From NCBI GenBank assembly GCA_964568395.1, contig CAZMPN010000009.1, positions 7,075 through 71,074 of the forward strand: a stretch of DNA of 64,000 nucleotides, read 5' to 3'. Made by a program: the position numbers and the translations under genes. The DNA comes from an uncultured Helicobacter sp. Its GTDB lineage: Bacteria > Campylobacterota > Campylobacteria > Campylobacterales > UBA6016. Below the pieces are notes generated by a model. That model saw nothing but the letters and a program-made list of their open reading frames with translations, did not search any database and was not told where the DNA came from. Below, piece by piece: positions 43,802 to 54,480 of this stretch. Within the stretch, counting starts at the first letter, position 1. Every line of letters starts with the position of its first letter.

Positions 43802-46357
43802 ATGGGCTTTATGGAAAACTATAAACAGCACATTGAAGAGAGGGCGGCCCTTGGCGTTCCTCCTCTGGCGCTTGATAAAAACCAAGTAAGCGAACTAGTA
43901 GAACTACTAAGAAGCGAAAAAAAAGCAAACGCCGAACTTGCGGACCTGCTGGAAAACAGAGTTAACCCTGGTGTTGACGACGGCGCCAAAGTAAAGGCCG
44001 AGTACCTCGCCAAGATACTTGACAACTCGGAAGAGTGCGCAAGCATCTCGAAGCTAGACGCCGTAAGAATGCTAGGCAAAATGCTGGGCGGCTACAACGT
44101 AAAACCACTAATCAACGCTCTATGCGGCGATGATACGAGTGTGGCGAAAGCCGCCGCGAACGAGCTAAAAAATACCCTTCTTGTATATGAGGCGTTTAAC
44201 GATATCGTTGAGCTTTCAAAATCAAACGTACTTGCCGAAGAGGTGCTAAACAGCTGGGCGAACGCCGAGTGGTTTACAAATAAACCTTCTACGCCTGACG
44301 TTATGGAAGTCGTAGTTTTCAAGGTTCCAGGCGAAACAAATACGGACGACCTATCTCCTGCTAGCGAAGCTTTCACTAGGGCGGACATCCCGCTTCACGC
44401 AAACTCCATGCTAAGAGCGAAAATGCCTGAAGGCCTCTCTACTATAGCGGAGCTAAAGAAAAAAGGGATGCCGATAGCATACGTAGGCGACGTAGTAGGT
44501 ACCGGAAGCTCTAGAAAATCTGCGGCAAACTCCGTACAATGGCATCTAGGCGTCGATATCCCAGGCGTGCCAAACAAAAGAACCGGCGGCGTGGTAATCG
44601 GCGGCGTTATCGCTCCTATATTCTTCGCGACTTGTGAAGACTCCGGCGCTCTTCCTATCCAAGCGGATGTGACGCAGATGGAAACTGGCGATGTCATCAA
44701 GATAGACATCAAAAAAGGCGAAATCAGCAAAAACGGAAGCGTAATATCTACGTTCAAGCTTTCCCCAAACACTATTCTTGACGAAGTAAGAGCCGGAGGC
44801 AGGGTGCCCCTAATTATCGGTAGAGGTCTAACGTCAAAAGCTAGAAACGTACTAGGGCTTGGCGCCGAAAATATATTTAAAAAACCGGAACAGCCAAAAG
44901 ATACGGGCAAAGGCTATACGCTTGCCCAAAAAATGGTCGGCAAAGCGTGCGGCGTAGCTGGCATCAGACCTGGAACATACTGCGAGCCGCATACGATGAC
45001 TGTAGGTAGCCAAGATACTACCGGGCCAATGACTAGAGACGAGATAAAAGAGCTTAGCGCGCTCGGCTTCTCCGCTGATTTCGTGCTTCAAAGCTTCTGC
45101 CATACGGCCGCTTATCCTAAGCCGTCAGACGAGACGCTGCACAAAACGCTTCCTGGCTTTATCACTTCAAGAACCGGCGTGAGCCTTAAGCCGGGCGATG
45201 GCGTAATCCACAGTTGGCTAAACAGAATGGTTCTTCCTGATACGGTAGGTACGGGCGGCGATAGCCATACTAGATTCCCGATAGGTATATCTTTCCCTGC
45301 CGGTTCGGGTCTTGTCGCGTTCGCGGCGGTTACAGGCTCTATGCCTCTTGAAATGCCGGAATCTGTACTTGTAAAGTTCAAAGGCAAAATGCAACCGGGA
45401 ATTACGCTCAGAGACCTTGTGAACGCCATTCCGTACTATGCCGAAAAAGCCGGACTTCTGACTATTGAGAAGAAAAACAAAAAGAATATCTTTAACGGCA
45501 GGGTGCTTGAGATAGAAGGCCTTCCGACTCTAAAAGTAGAGCAAGCGTTCGAGCTATCCGACGCGTCTGCGGAGAGAAGCGCCGCCGCTTGTACGGTTAG
45601 ACTTGACAAAGAGCCGGTAATCGAATACCTAAAATCGAACATCACTCTAATAGAGGCTATGATAGAGGCCGGATACGAAGACAAAGCTACGCTTCAAAGA
45701 AGAGCCGACAAAATGAAAGAGTGGCTCAAAAACCCGACCCTTATGGAGCCGGACGCTGACGCTGAGTATGCGGCCGTAATCGAAATCGACCTTGACAACC
45801 TAAAAGAGCCGCTAGTGGCTTGCCCGAACGACCCTGACTTCGTAAGACCGCTTAGCGAAGTAGCGGGCGATGCGATCCAGGAAGTATTCCTTGGTTCTTG
45901 TATGACAAACATCGGCCACTATAGAGCTGCCGGAGAAGTGATGAGAGGGGCAGGCAAAATAGCCGTTAACACTTTCTGGATAGTCCCTCCGACCAAAATG
46001 GACGAAAAACAGCTTCAAAATGAAGGCTACTATGAAGTATATAAAGCGATAGGCGCAAGAACCGAAGTTCCTGGATGTTCGCTATGTATGGGTAACCAGG
46101 CGCAAGCCGCCGAGGGTACTACGGTATTCTCGACTTCGACTAGAAACTTCGATAACAGACTCGGTAAAAACACGAGGGTTTACTTGGGAAGCGCGGAGCT
46201 TGCCGCGGTTTGCGCGAAGCTTGGCAAAATACCTACGGTTGAAGAGTATATGAGTGTTGTTCCGGCCGCTATCGCAGGCAAAGAGAGCGACATCTACAAA
46301 TACCTAAACTTTAACGAAATCGCAAACTATCATCTTGCCGAGAGAGAGGCGAACTAA
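43802..46357 (+). CDS. acnB: Aconitate hydratase B (bifunctional aconitase 2 / 2-methylisocitrate dehydratase)
   Basis: 851 aa. N-terminal HEAT-like domain ([21 protein letters not shown]), swivel domain and catalytic domain with Cys ligands (...GSCMTNIGH..., ...[11 protein letters not shown]...). Confidence 0.92.
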   Translation: MGFMENYKQHIEERAALGVPPLALDKNQVSELVELLRSEKKANAELADLLENRVNPGVDDGAKVKAEYLAKILDNSEECASISKLDAVRMLGKMLGGYNVKPLINALCGDDTSVAKAAANELKNTLLVYEAFNDIVELSKSNVLAEEVLNSWANAEWFTNKPSTPDVMEVVVFKVPGETNTDDLSPASEAFTRADIPLHANSMLRAKMPEGLSTIAELKKKGMPIAYVGDVVGTGSSRKSAANSVQWHLGVDIPGVPNKRTGGVVIGGVIAPIFFATCEDSGALPIQADVTQMETGDVIKIDIKKGEISKNGSVISTFKLSPNTILDEVRAGGRVPLIIGRGLTSKARNVLGLGAENIFKKPEQPKDTGKGYTLAQKMVGKACGVAGIRPGTYCEPHTMTVGSQDTTGPMTRDEIKELSALGFSADFVLQSFCHTAAYPKPSDETLHKTLPGFITSRTGVSLKPGDGVIHSWLNRMVLPDTVGTGGDSHTRFPIGISFPAGSGLVAFAAVTGSMPLEMPESVLVKFKGKMQPGITLRDLVNAIPYYAEKAGLLTIEKKNKKNIFNGRVLEIEGLPTLKVEQAFELSDASAERSAAACTVRLDKEPVIEYLKSNITLIEAMIEAGYEDKATLQRRADKMKEWLKNPTLMEPDADAEYAAVIEIDLDNLKEPLVACPNDPDFVRPLSEVAGDAIQEVFLGSCMTNIGHYRAAGEVMRGAGKIAVNTFWIVPPTKMDEKQLQNEGYYEVYKAIGARTEVPGCSLCMGNQAQAAEGTTVFSTSTRNFDNRLGKNTRVYLGSAELAAVCAKLGKIPTVEEYMSVVPAAIAGKESDIYKYLNFNEIANYHLAEREAN

Positions 46358-46380
46358 CCTTCTCTCTCCTCTTTTCTTTA
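46341..46380 (+). terminator. Candidate rho-independent terminator of acnB
   Basis: AGAGAGAGG-cgaactaa-CCTTCTCTCT (9 bp with one bulge, spanning the TAA stop), followed by the U-rich CCTCTTTTCTTTA. Confidence 0.5.
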
Positions 46381-46416
46381 CTCCGTATTTGGTTATAATA
46401 AAACGCCAAAACGGAG
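46381..46416 (+). promoter_or_regulatory. Stem-loop whose 3' arm contains the SD of the ankyrin gene
   Basis: CTCCGTATTTGG ... CCAAAACGGAG (11 bp, one bulged A, 13-nt loop). The GGAG at 46413-46416 lies 7 nt before TTG 46424. Confidence 0.3.
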
Positions 46417-46423
46417 TATAAAC

Positions 46424-47035
46424 TTGCATAAAATCACGCTATCTTTGCTACTTTCAACCTCCATTCTTTTTTCAAACGACCTCGTGGACGCGCTAAAAGG
46501 TGTCAAGCCAAAGAATAGGACAACCGAGACGACATCCAAAAATATTAAGCGCATAGAGTGCGACAAGAGCGTAGTGGATGCGATAAGCGAGAACAATATA
46601 CGTTTTTCCCGCACCCAAATAGAGAATCTAAAAGAGCTCAACGGCTGCCTTATTGCCGGAGATATTACGCCGCTGATGATGGCCGCATATAGCGATAGGC
46701 CGACTATTGTTAAGATGTTTTTGGACGCCGGGGTGGACGCGAACGAGATAAACGCAAAAGGATATAGCGCGCTCCATTTTGCGGCGTTTTACGGAAATTA
46801 CGAGGCGATTTTGCTTCTTTTGGAAAAGGGCGCAAATATAGACGCTATGAATGACGCAGGAGAGACTCCGCTTATGATAGCGGCCTCATACGGGAATGCC
46901 AAGACGGTTGGTGTTTTGATCTCAAAAGGGGCGGATGTGTATATCAGGAATTCGTCAAGACAGACGGCAAGAGAGCTTGCCGCAAAAAAAGGCAAAAAAG
47001 AGGTGCTTGCGGTAATGGATAAGCCTAGGCGATAG
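46424..47035 (+). CDS. Secreted ankyrin-repeat protein
   Basis: 203 aa, TTG start, signal peptide HKITLSLLLSTSILFS. Three to four ANK repeats (TPLMMAAYSDRPTIVKMFLDAGVDAN, YSALHFAAFYGNYEAILLLLEKGANI, ETPLMIAASYGNAKTVGVLISKGADV). Confidence 0.85.
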   Translation: MHKITLSLLLSTSILFSNDLVDALKGVKPKNRTTETTSKNIKRIECDKSVVDAISENNIRFSRTQIENLKELNGCLIAGDITPLMMAAYSDRPTIVKMFLDAGVDANEINAKGYSALHFAAFYGNYEAILLLLEKGANIDAMNDAGETPLMIAASYGNAKTVGVLISKGADVYIRNSSRQTARELAAKKGKKEVLAVMDKPRR

Positions 47036-48263
47036 GTATGGCCTTCGACTCGCGCCTAAAGATGAGCACCGCGCCAACGATATTTTTGAGCAGTACCGCA
47101 AAGCCGGCGGCCGCAGCCATACATCCAAACTGAAACAGCGGCTGCGCGAAAATGGAGAGTACGAATAGGCCGAGCGAGCACCAGTGCAGCCAAAGTTCTA
47201 TGTTCGCATCCTTATCCTTTATCATCTCCCTTACGCTCGGAGCGTCCCATTTCCCAATGCTCGTCAGGTGAAACCACGCCAAAAATGGAACTATCTTGTT
47301 CATCATGGCTTTGACTATGGAGCCCAAAAAGCCGAGCCCAAAAAACAAGGCAAACAAAAACTCTGCTTCTTTCAGTTCGAAAAATAGAGAGTACGCCCAC
47401 AACGCAAGCCCCATAAGCAAAGAGATAAGCCCTGTCTGCCATAGCTTCAAGGATGCGTCTGACATCAGTCTTTTACGCTCTTTTATCTTTTTGAGGGCTA
47501 CGACCGCAAACGCCGCAAACGCAATCCATATTACTATTTGGGATAACGATGATATATATGGAACAAAAAGCGCCACAGAGGCTATGCTTATCACGATAGG
47601 CCACATCCTGCAAAACTTCGGGAACTCGGGCGAGACGTAAAACATCGGAAGCACCTGATGCGCTACGGATATGATCAGAGTGCCGAAAAATCCGAATACC
47701 GCAAGCAGTATATGTATTTGTGTAAACTTGGCGTGCGACTCTGAAAGCGAACCTAACGCATGCGAGCTAAGCAGGTGCATACCTATCAACAAAGCTAGTA
47801 TGCCGACGATAATCGCCACTCTCATCCCCTTGACCATCTGGCTGACTATCTCTTTTTTTGAAAAGATTTTAAAAAGCAGCATTCCGAAAAACAAGGCTAC
47901 TGCACATAAAATAAGTAATCCCGCGATACCGAGCAGCGCTCTCAAAAATACAAATCCGCCAAAAAATAGTAAAGCGGCTAAGCTAAAAGCGATTATGGAG
48001 AATTTGATTATTTTCGGGCTATCTATCTTTACGCCGCCGACCACGGGGAGCATCTGCGTTAGCGAGCCGAGAACCGCGTTTAGCAAAAAACCTATCGTAA
48101 ACAGATGGATCGAAGCTATGACGTACGGGTTGTATCTGTTTGTGTCGATAGTAAACGCAAGCGCCAAAAAAGCGATAAAGCCAAAAAAAGCGGCCGCTAT
48201 AAAAAACGGATATACCGTCCTAAAAGGCGGCGCGTCAGATAACGATAATCCTGCCGTATTCAT
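47025..48263 (-). CDS. 12-TM integral membrane protein with conserved intramembrane His (NnrS-like, tentative)
   Basis: 412 aa with ~12 hydrophobic helices. SIHLFTIGFLLNAVLGSLTQMLP and QIHILLAVFGFFGTLIISVAHQVLPMF. Third gene of the hemerythrin operon. Confidence 0.6.
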   Translation of the reverse strand: MNTAGLSLSDAPPFRTVYPFFIAAAFFGFIAFLALAFTIDTNRYNPYVIASIHLFTIGFLLNAVLGSLTQMLPVVGGVKIDSPKIIKFSIIAFSLAALLFFGGFVFLRALLGIAGLLILCAVALFFGMLLFKIFSKKEIVSQMVKGMRVAIIVGILALLIGMHLLSSHALGSLSESHAKFTQIHILLAVFGFFGTLIISVAHQVLPMFYVSPEFPKFCRMWPIVISIASVALFVPYISSLSQIVIWIAFAAFAVVALKKIKERKRLMSDASLKLWQTGLISLLMGLALWAYSLFFELKEAEFLFALFFGLGFLGSIVKAMMNKIVPFLAWFHLTSIGKWDAPSVREMIKDKDANIELWLHWCSLGLFVLSIFAQPLFQFGCMAAAAGFAVLLKNIVGAVLIFRRESKAIPIA

Positions 48264-48522
48264 CTTCTATTCTTTTCAGTATATATTTTTTTGTCTCTTC
48301 GTCACGCTTTAGCCAGCCGTAGACGTAGTGGACTCCGTCCAATTCAAAGTAGAGATGGCTTATCCCCATATTATCCAGCACGGCTTCCAGTCTGCACGGT
48401 TTCATCCTGTGCAGCATCTTTAGATATTCCCCGTCTTTTAGGTTTCTGGCTATCTTTATAGCCTGCTCGAGAGGAAGAGGGGCCTCCAGCTCTCTTGCGT
48501 CAAGCAGCTTTTCAGACGGCAT
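48235..48522 (-). CDS. DUF2249-family small protein
   Basis: 95 aa. LDARELEAPLPLEQAIKIARNLKDGEYLKMLHRMKPCRL matches the DUF2249 (TusA-like) pattern as I recall it. Confidence 0.65.
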   Translation of the reverse strand: MPSEKLLDARELEAPLPLEQAIKIARNLKDGEYLKMLHRMKPCRLEAVLDNMGISHLYFELDGVHYVYGWLKRDEETKKYILKRIEDEYGRIIVI

Positions 48523-48955
48523 CTCTCGTGTCTTTCATCTGCTCTACGAGCGCCTGCGCTTCTGCGGACAGCACCTGGTCGCACATGGTATAGAGTATCT
48601 GCTCCTCTTTCGAGTTGTGTTGTTGCACCAGAATGTTAAACGATTCGCAAAGCCCCAGAAGCTGTGATTTGTTTGCCGCCATGAGCGCTTTTTCCATCAT
48701 GCCGATGTTAAATCTCATCTGTTCGTGTTCTCTTCTCATGACTTCGGTAGGGCCGCAGTTCATACCGCTTCTTAGCTCAAACGCCGGAAACAATATCTTC
48801 TCTTCCATCGTAAAATGCTCTTCAAACTCTTTTGCCATCTTCTCAAAAGAGTTTTTCGCGGCCGCCATATCCCATTTCACGATAGCGTTTTCAAAATCGG
48901 CGAAGCTCTCGTCGCAAAACTTGTGGTCTTTTCCCAAAAACTCTTTTATACTCAT
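48512..48955 (-). CDS. Hemerythrin-like (HHE cation-binding) domain protein
   Basis: 147 aa. H/E ligand spacing: DHKFCDESF, EFEEHFTMEEKILFP, MRREHEQM, VQQHNSKEEQILY. Confidence 0.8.
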   Translation of the reverse strand: MSIKEFLGKDHKFCDESFADFENAIVKWDMAAAKNSFEKMAKEFEEHFTMEEKILFPAFELRSGMNCGPTEVMRREHEQMRFNIGMMEKALMAANKSQLLGLCESFNILVQQHNSKEEQILYTMCDQVLSAEAQALVEQMKDTRDAV

Positions 48956-49021
48956 CTCAAACTCCTCTTTTTTGTGGGAAGTTTATGTAAAAAAAAGAGT
49001 TTTTTTATTGATTCGCGTCAA

Positions 49022-49537
49022 CTATTTTATAATATCTATATCCGGTCCCGGTCTAAAGTCGAAAATCTTGTCCGAAACGGCTATGTTTTTCTTCCTCTCT
49101 TTGAAAACTATCTCCGTGTCGTTGTCTAGAGAGTCTTTGTATGTCAATTTCTCTATCATGTTGTTGGAGACTTTGAATCTATATGTAATATCCCCGCTTT
49201 TTGCGCTATATTCGTCGCCGCCTTCAGGCTTTGCGTTTTTTAGTATCGACTCGAGCGAGATCTGGCTCTTTTTCTTCAGGTATTTCGCTTGGGATAGTTC
49301 CGGTTCGTACACTATGACCGTCTCGTCTTTTACGAATACGCTTTTTTTCATCGGTTTTTGGTACTCCCATAGCGCCTGGCTAGGTTTTTTGGCGACGAGT
49401 CTGCCGCTATACTCTATCTTTTTGCCGGATTTGTTTTTTATGGTCTGTACAAACGAGGCCTCGAACGTCTCGTAGTCGAAGGAGAGGCCAAAGCACGAGA
49501 GCGCAAAAGCGCCGCAGATAAAAGCTTTTTTAAGCAT
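49022..49537 (-). CDS. lolA: Outer-membrane lipoprotein carrier protein LolA
   Basis: 171 aa with a signal peptide. FEASFVQTIKNKSGKKIEYSGRLVAKKPSQALWEYQKP is the LolA pattern. Confidence 0.85.
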   Translation of the reverse strand: MLKKAFICGAFALSCFGLSFDYETFEASFVQTIKNKSGKKIEYSGRLVAKKPSQALWEYQKPMKKSVFVKDETVIVYEPELSQAKYLKKKSQISLESILKNAKPEGGDEYSAKSGDITYRFKVSNNMIEKLTYKDSLDNDTEIVFKERKKNIAVSDKIFDFRPGPDIDIIK

Positions 49538-49643
49538 CGTGGATACCCTGTTTTTGGCGCGCAGTATAGCTTAGAGGGGTTTAAGTTTATAGTAGTTTTG
49601 GTATTATGGGCGCCAAACTTAAGCGAATTTGGGACTTTAATAG

Positions 49644-52106
49644 ATGATAAAAACCATAGTAAACAAAATAATGGGTACTAGAAATGAAAAAGAGCTAAAA
49701 AGATATAGAAAAAAACTTGCCGAGATAAACGCGCTGGAGCCTAAATATGCGGCAATGTCGGACGACGAGCTAAAAGCGGCTTTTGCTGCGCTGAGGAAAA
49801 GAGTGATTGATGGAGAGTCTCTGGACGCCGCATTGTTCGACTCTTTTGCGATAACCAGGGAGGCATCAAAAAGGGTGCTTGGAATGAGACACCATGACGT
49901 TCAGATGATAGGCGGTATGGTGCTAAACGACGGACGTATCGCCGAGATGAAAACAGGCGAGGGCAAGACGCTCGTCGCGACGCTCGCGGTCATACTAAAC
50001 GCCATGAAGGGCGAAGGCGTACACGTAATTACGGTAAACGACTATCTTGCAAAAAGGGACGCCACGGAGATGGGCGTACTTTATAACTTCCTAGGATTTA
50101 CCGTCGGCGCCATACTCTCGGACGAAGACGACGAAGAGGTAAAAAAGGCCGCATACGACGCAGATATTACATACGGCACTAACAACGAATTCGGATTCGA
50201 CTATCTAAGGGACAATATGAAGTACTCCAAGGCTTCGCAAGTCCAAAGAAACCACCACTTTGCGATAGTGGACGAGGTGGATTCTATCCTTATTGACGAG
50301 GCAAGAACCCCTCTTATCATCTCCGGTCCTACGAAGTCGTTCATGGGTCAATATGAAAAAGCGAACGAAGTTGCTTTAAGGCTGGAAGTCGAAAAGCACT
50401 TTACGGTTGATGAGAAAAACAGGGTAATCCTTATGACGGAAGAGGGTATCAGATACGCCGAAGAGCTATTCGACGTCGGAAATCTATACGACCTTGACAA
50501 CGCCGTGCTCTCCCATAGGCTTGACCAGGCGCTAAAAGCCCAATACCTATTCAAGATAGACGTCGATTACGTCGTAAGGGAAGGCGAAATAATCATCGTA
50601 GACGAATTTACCGGTAGATTAAGCGAGGGGAAAAGATACTCCGAGGGGCTGCATCAGGCGCTCGAGGCAAAAGAGGGCGTACTAATCAAGGAAGAGAGCC
50701 AGACCCTGGCCGACATCACGTTCCAAAACTACTTTAGGCTCTACTCTAAGCTTGCCGGTATGACCGGTACGGCGCAGACCGAAGCTACGGAATTTAGCGA
50801 GATATATGGGCTTGACGTTATCTCTATCCCGACGAACGTGCCTGTGGCTAGAATAGATATGAACGACCTTATTTTCAAGACCGAAGAAGAGAAGTATGAG
50901 GCCGTAATCAAAAAAATAAGAGAGCTGAATTCCAAAGGACAACCGATACTTATAGGCACGGCTTCGATAGAAAAGAGCGAAGCTCTGCACGAAGTGCTCA
51001 AAAAAGAGAAGATCGCCCATACCGTGCTAAACGCCAAGAACCATGAGCAAGAGGCCGAGATAATCAAGCTTGCCGGCGTAAAAGGCGCCGTTACGGTGGC
51101 TACGAATATGGCGGGGCGGGGCGTCGACATTAAGCTGGGCGACGACGTGAAGGCTCTTGGCGGTCTGGCTATCATCGGCACGGAAAGACACGAGAGCAGA
51201 CGTATAGACAACCAGCTAAGAGGGCGAAGCGGGAGACAGGGCGACCCTGGTTTTAGCCAGTTCTATCTAAGCCTTGACGATACGCTTCTTAGGATTTTCG
51301 GAAGCGACAAGATAAAAGCCATTATGAATAGGCTGGGGCTTGAGAGAGGCGAGCATATAGACTCCAAGCTGGTAACGAACGCCGTCGAAAAAGCGCAGAA
51401 AAAAGTCGAGAGTATGCACTACGAGAGCAGAAAACACCTGCTTGAGTATGACGACATAGCCAACGCCCAAAGAAAAATAATCTACGGCTTTAGAAACGAG
51501 CTTTTGAGCCCTGATTTTGATATATCCGCAAAAATAGACGAAAACAGATACGTATATGCGGAAAATATTTTGGCGGACGCCGGAATCTTCTACGGTCTCG
51601 AGAGGGAGGATTTCAACCTTCAAAAAGCTTGCGAACTGCTGCAGGAAGATATAGGTCTCGAAGTAGACGAGGCGCAGCTGGAAGGCCTGGAGTATGAAGA
51701 TCTGAAGCAAAAAGTTTACGAGCTTATGGGCGAATACTATGAAGCGAAGCTCTCCGTCGTAGACGAAACGCAGAAAAAAGAGATAGAGAAGATACTCTAC
51801 CTTCAAACGCTAGACGAGGCATGGAGAGAGCATCTGTATCAGATGGATATACTAAAAACCGGTATCGGACTAAGGGGCTACAATCAAAAAGACCCTCTTG
51901 TGGAGTATAAAAAAGAGAGCTACAAGCTCTTTACCGAGCTTGTCGAAACCGTCAAGATAAACGCCGTCAGAATACTCCATTCGTTTAAAATAGGCAGCGA
52001 CACCACGGCCGAAGAGATAGGGTACCAAGACGAGAGCATAGAGATAGTTCCGGCTAGCCAAAAAAGAGAAGAGAGGCTCAAAAACTACGATAAGAAAAAG
52101 AGCTGA
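49644..52106 (+). CDS. secA: Preprotein translocase ATPase SecA (lacks C-terminal Cys/zinc tail)
   Basis: 820 aa. [13 protein letters not shown] Walker [33 protein letters not shown]. The C-terminus ...[16 protein letters not shown] has no Cys. Confidence 0.93.
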   Translation: MIKTIVNKIMGTRNEKELKRYRKKLAEINALEPKYAAMSDDELKAAFAALRKRVIDGESLDAALFDSFAITREASKRVLGMRHHDVQMIGGMVLNDGRIAEMKTGEGKTLVATLAVILNAMKGEGVHVITVNDYLAKRDATEMGVLYNFLGFTVGAILSDEDDEEVKKAAYDADITYGTNNEFGFDYLRDNMKYSKASQVQRNHHFAIVDEVDSILIDEARTPLIISGPTKSFMGQYEKANEVALRLEVEKHFTVDEKNRVILMTEEGIRYAEELFDVGNLYDLDNAVLSHRLDQALKAQYLFKIDVDYVVREGEIIIVDEFTGRLSEGKRYSEGLHQALEAKEGVLIKEESQTLADITFQNYFRLYSKLAGMTGTAQTEATEFSEIYGLDVISIPTNVPVARIDMNDLIFKTEEEKYEAVIKKIRELNSKGQPILIGTASIEKSEALHEVLKKEKIAHTVLNAKNHEQEAEIIKLAGVKGAVTVATNMAGRGVDIKLGDDVKALGGLAIIGTERHESRRIDNQLRGRSGRQGDPGFSQFYLSLDDTLLRIFGSDKIKAIMNRLGLERGEHIDSKLVTNAVEKAQKKVESMHYESRKHLLEYDDIANAQRKIIYGFRNELLSPDFDISAKIDENRYVYAENILADAGIFYGLEREDFNLQKACELLQEDIGLEVDEAQLEGLEYEDLKQKVYELMGEYYEAKLSVVDETQKKEIEKILYLQTLDEAWREHLYQMDILKTGIGLRGYNQKDPLVEYKKESYKLFTELVETVKINAVRILHSFKIGSDTTAEEIGYQDESIEIVPASQKREERLKNYDKKKS

Positions 52107-53308
52107 TGAATAAAAAGCTTATACGCTTCATTGTCTCTAAATATCTTAGATTTGACCCGTCGCAGCCGTTTATATCCATAACGGCAGCTTTGGCGTTCAT
52201 AGGCGTCGGGCTGGGCGTATTCGTGCTTATCGTCGCGATGGCTATCATGAACGGCTTCGATAAGGAGTTTGAGAAAAAGCTCTTTACAATGAACTACCCG
52301 ATAACGCTTTATTCAAAACACGGCTATGAGATTTCATCTGATTTCGTGGCCGAGCTTCAAAAAAATAATCCTGAGTTCAAATTTAGCCCATTCCTAAGGG
52401 CTAGCGCCATAGCCAAAAGAAATGAAAACATGGAGGGCGTAGTCGTATTCGGCGTGGATATCGCCGCGGAAAAACAGATCAACGACGTGGTAGCCGGCAG
52501 CTTGGGCAAAGATGGACTTGGCGGCTTCGAGGCCCTGATAGGCAAAAAACTAAAAGAGGACTTCGACCTCGTTAAGGGCGACAAACTGACTATCATATTT
52601 GCCGAAGGAGAGCCGCAAGGCATCGGAATTTCGCCTATGATGAAAAGATTTTCCGTAAATAAGAGCTTTTCATCCGGACTTCTTGCGTACGACAAGGGAT
52701 ATGTGTACGTAAACGCAAAGGATTTGGCGAGGGCTCTTGGTAGAAGCGAGGATCTTTACGACGGCGTGCATATATACTCCAAAGAGCCGCTAAAAGATAT
52801 AAAGCTACTGCAGACAAGGCTTCCGGACGAATACGCGCTTGTCGGCTGGTGGCAGCAAAACGGCAACTTCTTTGCGGCTTTGGCGCTAGAAAAAAGAGCC
52901 CTCTTCGTGGTGCTGATGCTAATAATACTCGTAGCGTCGCTAAATATAGTAAGCTCTCTCTTGATGACGGTTATGAGCAGGAGAAAAGAGATAGCGCTTC
53001 TTTTGTCGCTAGGCGCCGATAAAAACGAGATAAAAGCGATATTTTTCAGGCTTGGGGCGATAATAGGCGGCGGCGGTATAGTCGTCGGCGTAATTCTCTC
53101 CGCTATAGCGCTCTTGCTGCTTTCAAACTTTGACATAATAAGCCTACCGGCCGACGTATACGGCAGCACGAAGCTGCCTTTGGAGCTTTCCATGGTCGAT
53201 TTCTGCCTTATTACGCTGGGCTCGCTCGCGATAGTGTTTTTGTCGTCGTATTACCCTGCCAAAAAAGCTTCAGAGGTAGACGCCCTGACAGTACTTAGAA
53301 ACGAATAG
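52106..53308 (+). CDS. Lipoprotein-releasing system transmembrane subunit, LolC/E family (FtsX-like permease)
   Basis: 400 aa with 4 TM helices, a MacB-like periplasmic domain and a C-terminal FtsX motif. Its ATG shares one nucleotide with the secA TGA (52106). Confidence 0.85.
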   Translation: MNKKLIRFIVSKYLRFDPSQPFISITAALAFIGVGLGVFVLIVAMAIMNGFDKEFEKKLFTMNYPITLYSKHGYEISSDFVAELQKNNPEFKFSPFLRASAIAKRNENMEGVVVFGVDIAAEKQINDVVAGSLGKDGLGGFEALIGKKLKEDFDLVKGDKLTIIFAEGEPQGIGISPMMKRFSVNKSFSSGLLAYDKGYVYVNAKDLARALGRSEDLYDGVHIYSKEPLKDIKLLQTRLPDEYALVGWWQQNGNFFAALALEKRALFVVLMLIILVASLNIVSSLLMTVMSRRKEIALLLSLGADKNEIKAIFFRLGAIIGGGGIVVGVILSAIALLLLSNFDIISLPADVYGSTKLPLELSMVDFCLITLGSLAIVFLSSYYPAKKASEVDALTVLRNE

Positions 53309-53310
53309 AT

Positions 53311-54480
53311 ATGTCAAGTTCGATTGTAATAGTCATAGCGCTTTCGTTTTTCATAGCGCTATCCCCTTTTGTCTCCAAAACCCTCAGGGTTCCGATAGTG
53401 GTCATCGAAATAATATTCGGCATTATCGGCGGCCATCTCGGCTTTTTCGAAAAAAACGAATACTTTTTCATCATGGCCAAAGTCGGGTTTTTGTTTTTGA
53501 TGTTTTTGGCCGGCCTAGAGGTGAACCTAAAAGAGTTTGTGAAGATAAGATCGAGATTGTTTAAAAGAGTGATACTCTATTTTATGATTCTATACGCGCT
53601 TGCCTTGACTGCCGTTTTGTACTTCAAGCTATCGTTTATATACGTCGTCATACTCCCTATATTCTCGCTGGGCATGATAATGGCTCTTTTAAAAGACTAC
53701 GGCAAGGATAAGCCGTGGCTTTCGCTTGCTCTTACCATAGGCATACTCGGCGAGCTTATCAGTATAGTCGCGCTTACCATTCTCAGCGGTGCCGTTAGCT
53801 TCGGATTTGGAGCGGAGTTTTATAAGGCTATGGCTACGCTGGTCGTCATAGTCGTCGCCGGCATACTATTTTTCAAGCTTGCCAGAGCGTTTTTCTGGTG
53901 GTTTCCGGAGGCAAAAAAAGCCATTATGCCGGATATTGCGTCAAAAGAGCAGGATATTAGGTTCTCGATGGCGCTTTTTTTCGTGATGATAGCGATAATG
54001 CTATATCTGAAGATAGATATGGTGCTCGGCGCATTCTTTGCCGGGATGTTCATAACGGCGTTTTTCTACCACAAAAAAGATTTGCACGACAAACTCTCGT
54101 CTTTCGGGTTTGGTTTCTTGGCGCCGATATTTTTTATCTATGTAGGCTCTACGCTCAAGCTGGACATCGTATTTTCGTATGAGATCATCAAAAACGCGCT
54201 CTTTTTGATAGCGTGTATGGTTTCCATCAGGATTATAGGCTCGTTTAGTACGTTCTATAGCTATCTGGGGTTTAAAAACACCATTTTGTTCGCTCTATCC
54301 GACTCTATGCCGCTAATGTTCATGGTGGCCGCCGCCACGCTGGGGCTTCAGTCGAAAACGATAGATAATATTGAGTATTCGTCGATAGTCGTTGCGAGTA
54401 TGCTTGACGCGATAATGCTTATGCTGGTTATAAAGGCGTTAAATTACTATTTCGACAAGGATAAAACCCAAAGCCGTTAG
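53311..54480 (+). CDS. Cation:proton antiporter (Na+/H+ exchanger family)
   Basis: 389 aa, polytopic. RVPIVVIEIIFGIIGG...MFLAGLEV is typical of the CPA family. Confidence 0.8.
   Translation: MSSSIVIVIALSFFIALSPFVSKTLRVPIVVIEIIFGIIGGHLGFFEKNEYFFIMAKVGFLFLMFLAGLEVNLKEFVKIRSRLFKRVILYFMILYALALTAVLYFKLSFIYVVILPIFSLGMIMALLKDYGKDKPWLSLALTIGILGELISIVALTILSGAVSFGFGAEFYKAMATLVVIVVAGILFFKLARAFFWWFPEAKKAIMPDIASKEQDIRFSMALFFVMIAIMLYLKIDMVLGAFFAGMFITAFFYHKKDLHDKLSSFGFGFLAPIFFIYVGSTLKLDIVFSYEIIKNALFLIACMVSIRIIGSFSTFYSYLGFKNTILFALSDSMPLMFMVAAATLGLQSKTIDNIEYSSIVVASMLDAIMLMLVIKALNYYFDKDKTQSR

Noticed and set aside
48615-49475. 286-aa plus-strand ORF spanning the hemerythrin gene, the intergenic region and lolA
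   Set aside because: It is antisense to two recognisable genes. The composition is Ser/Phe/Leu-rich, with no motif and no SD.
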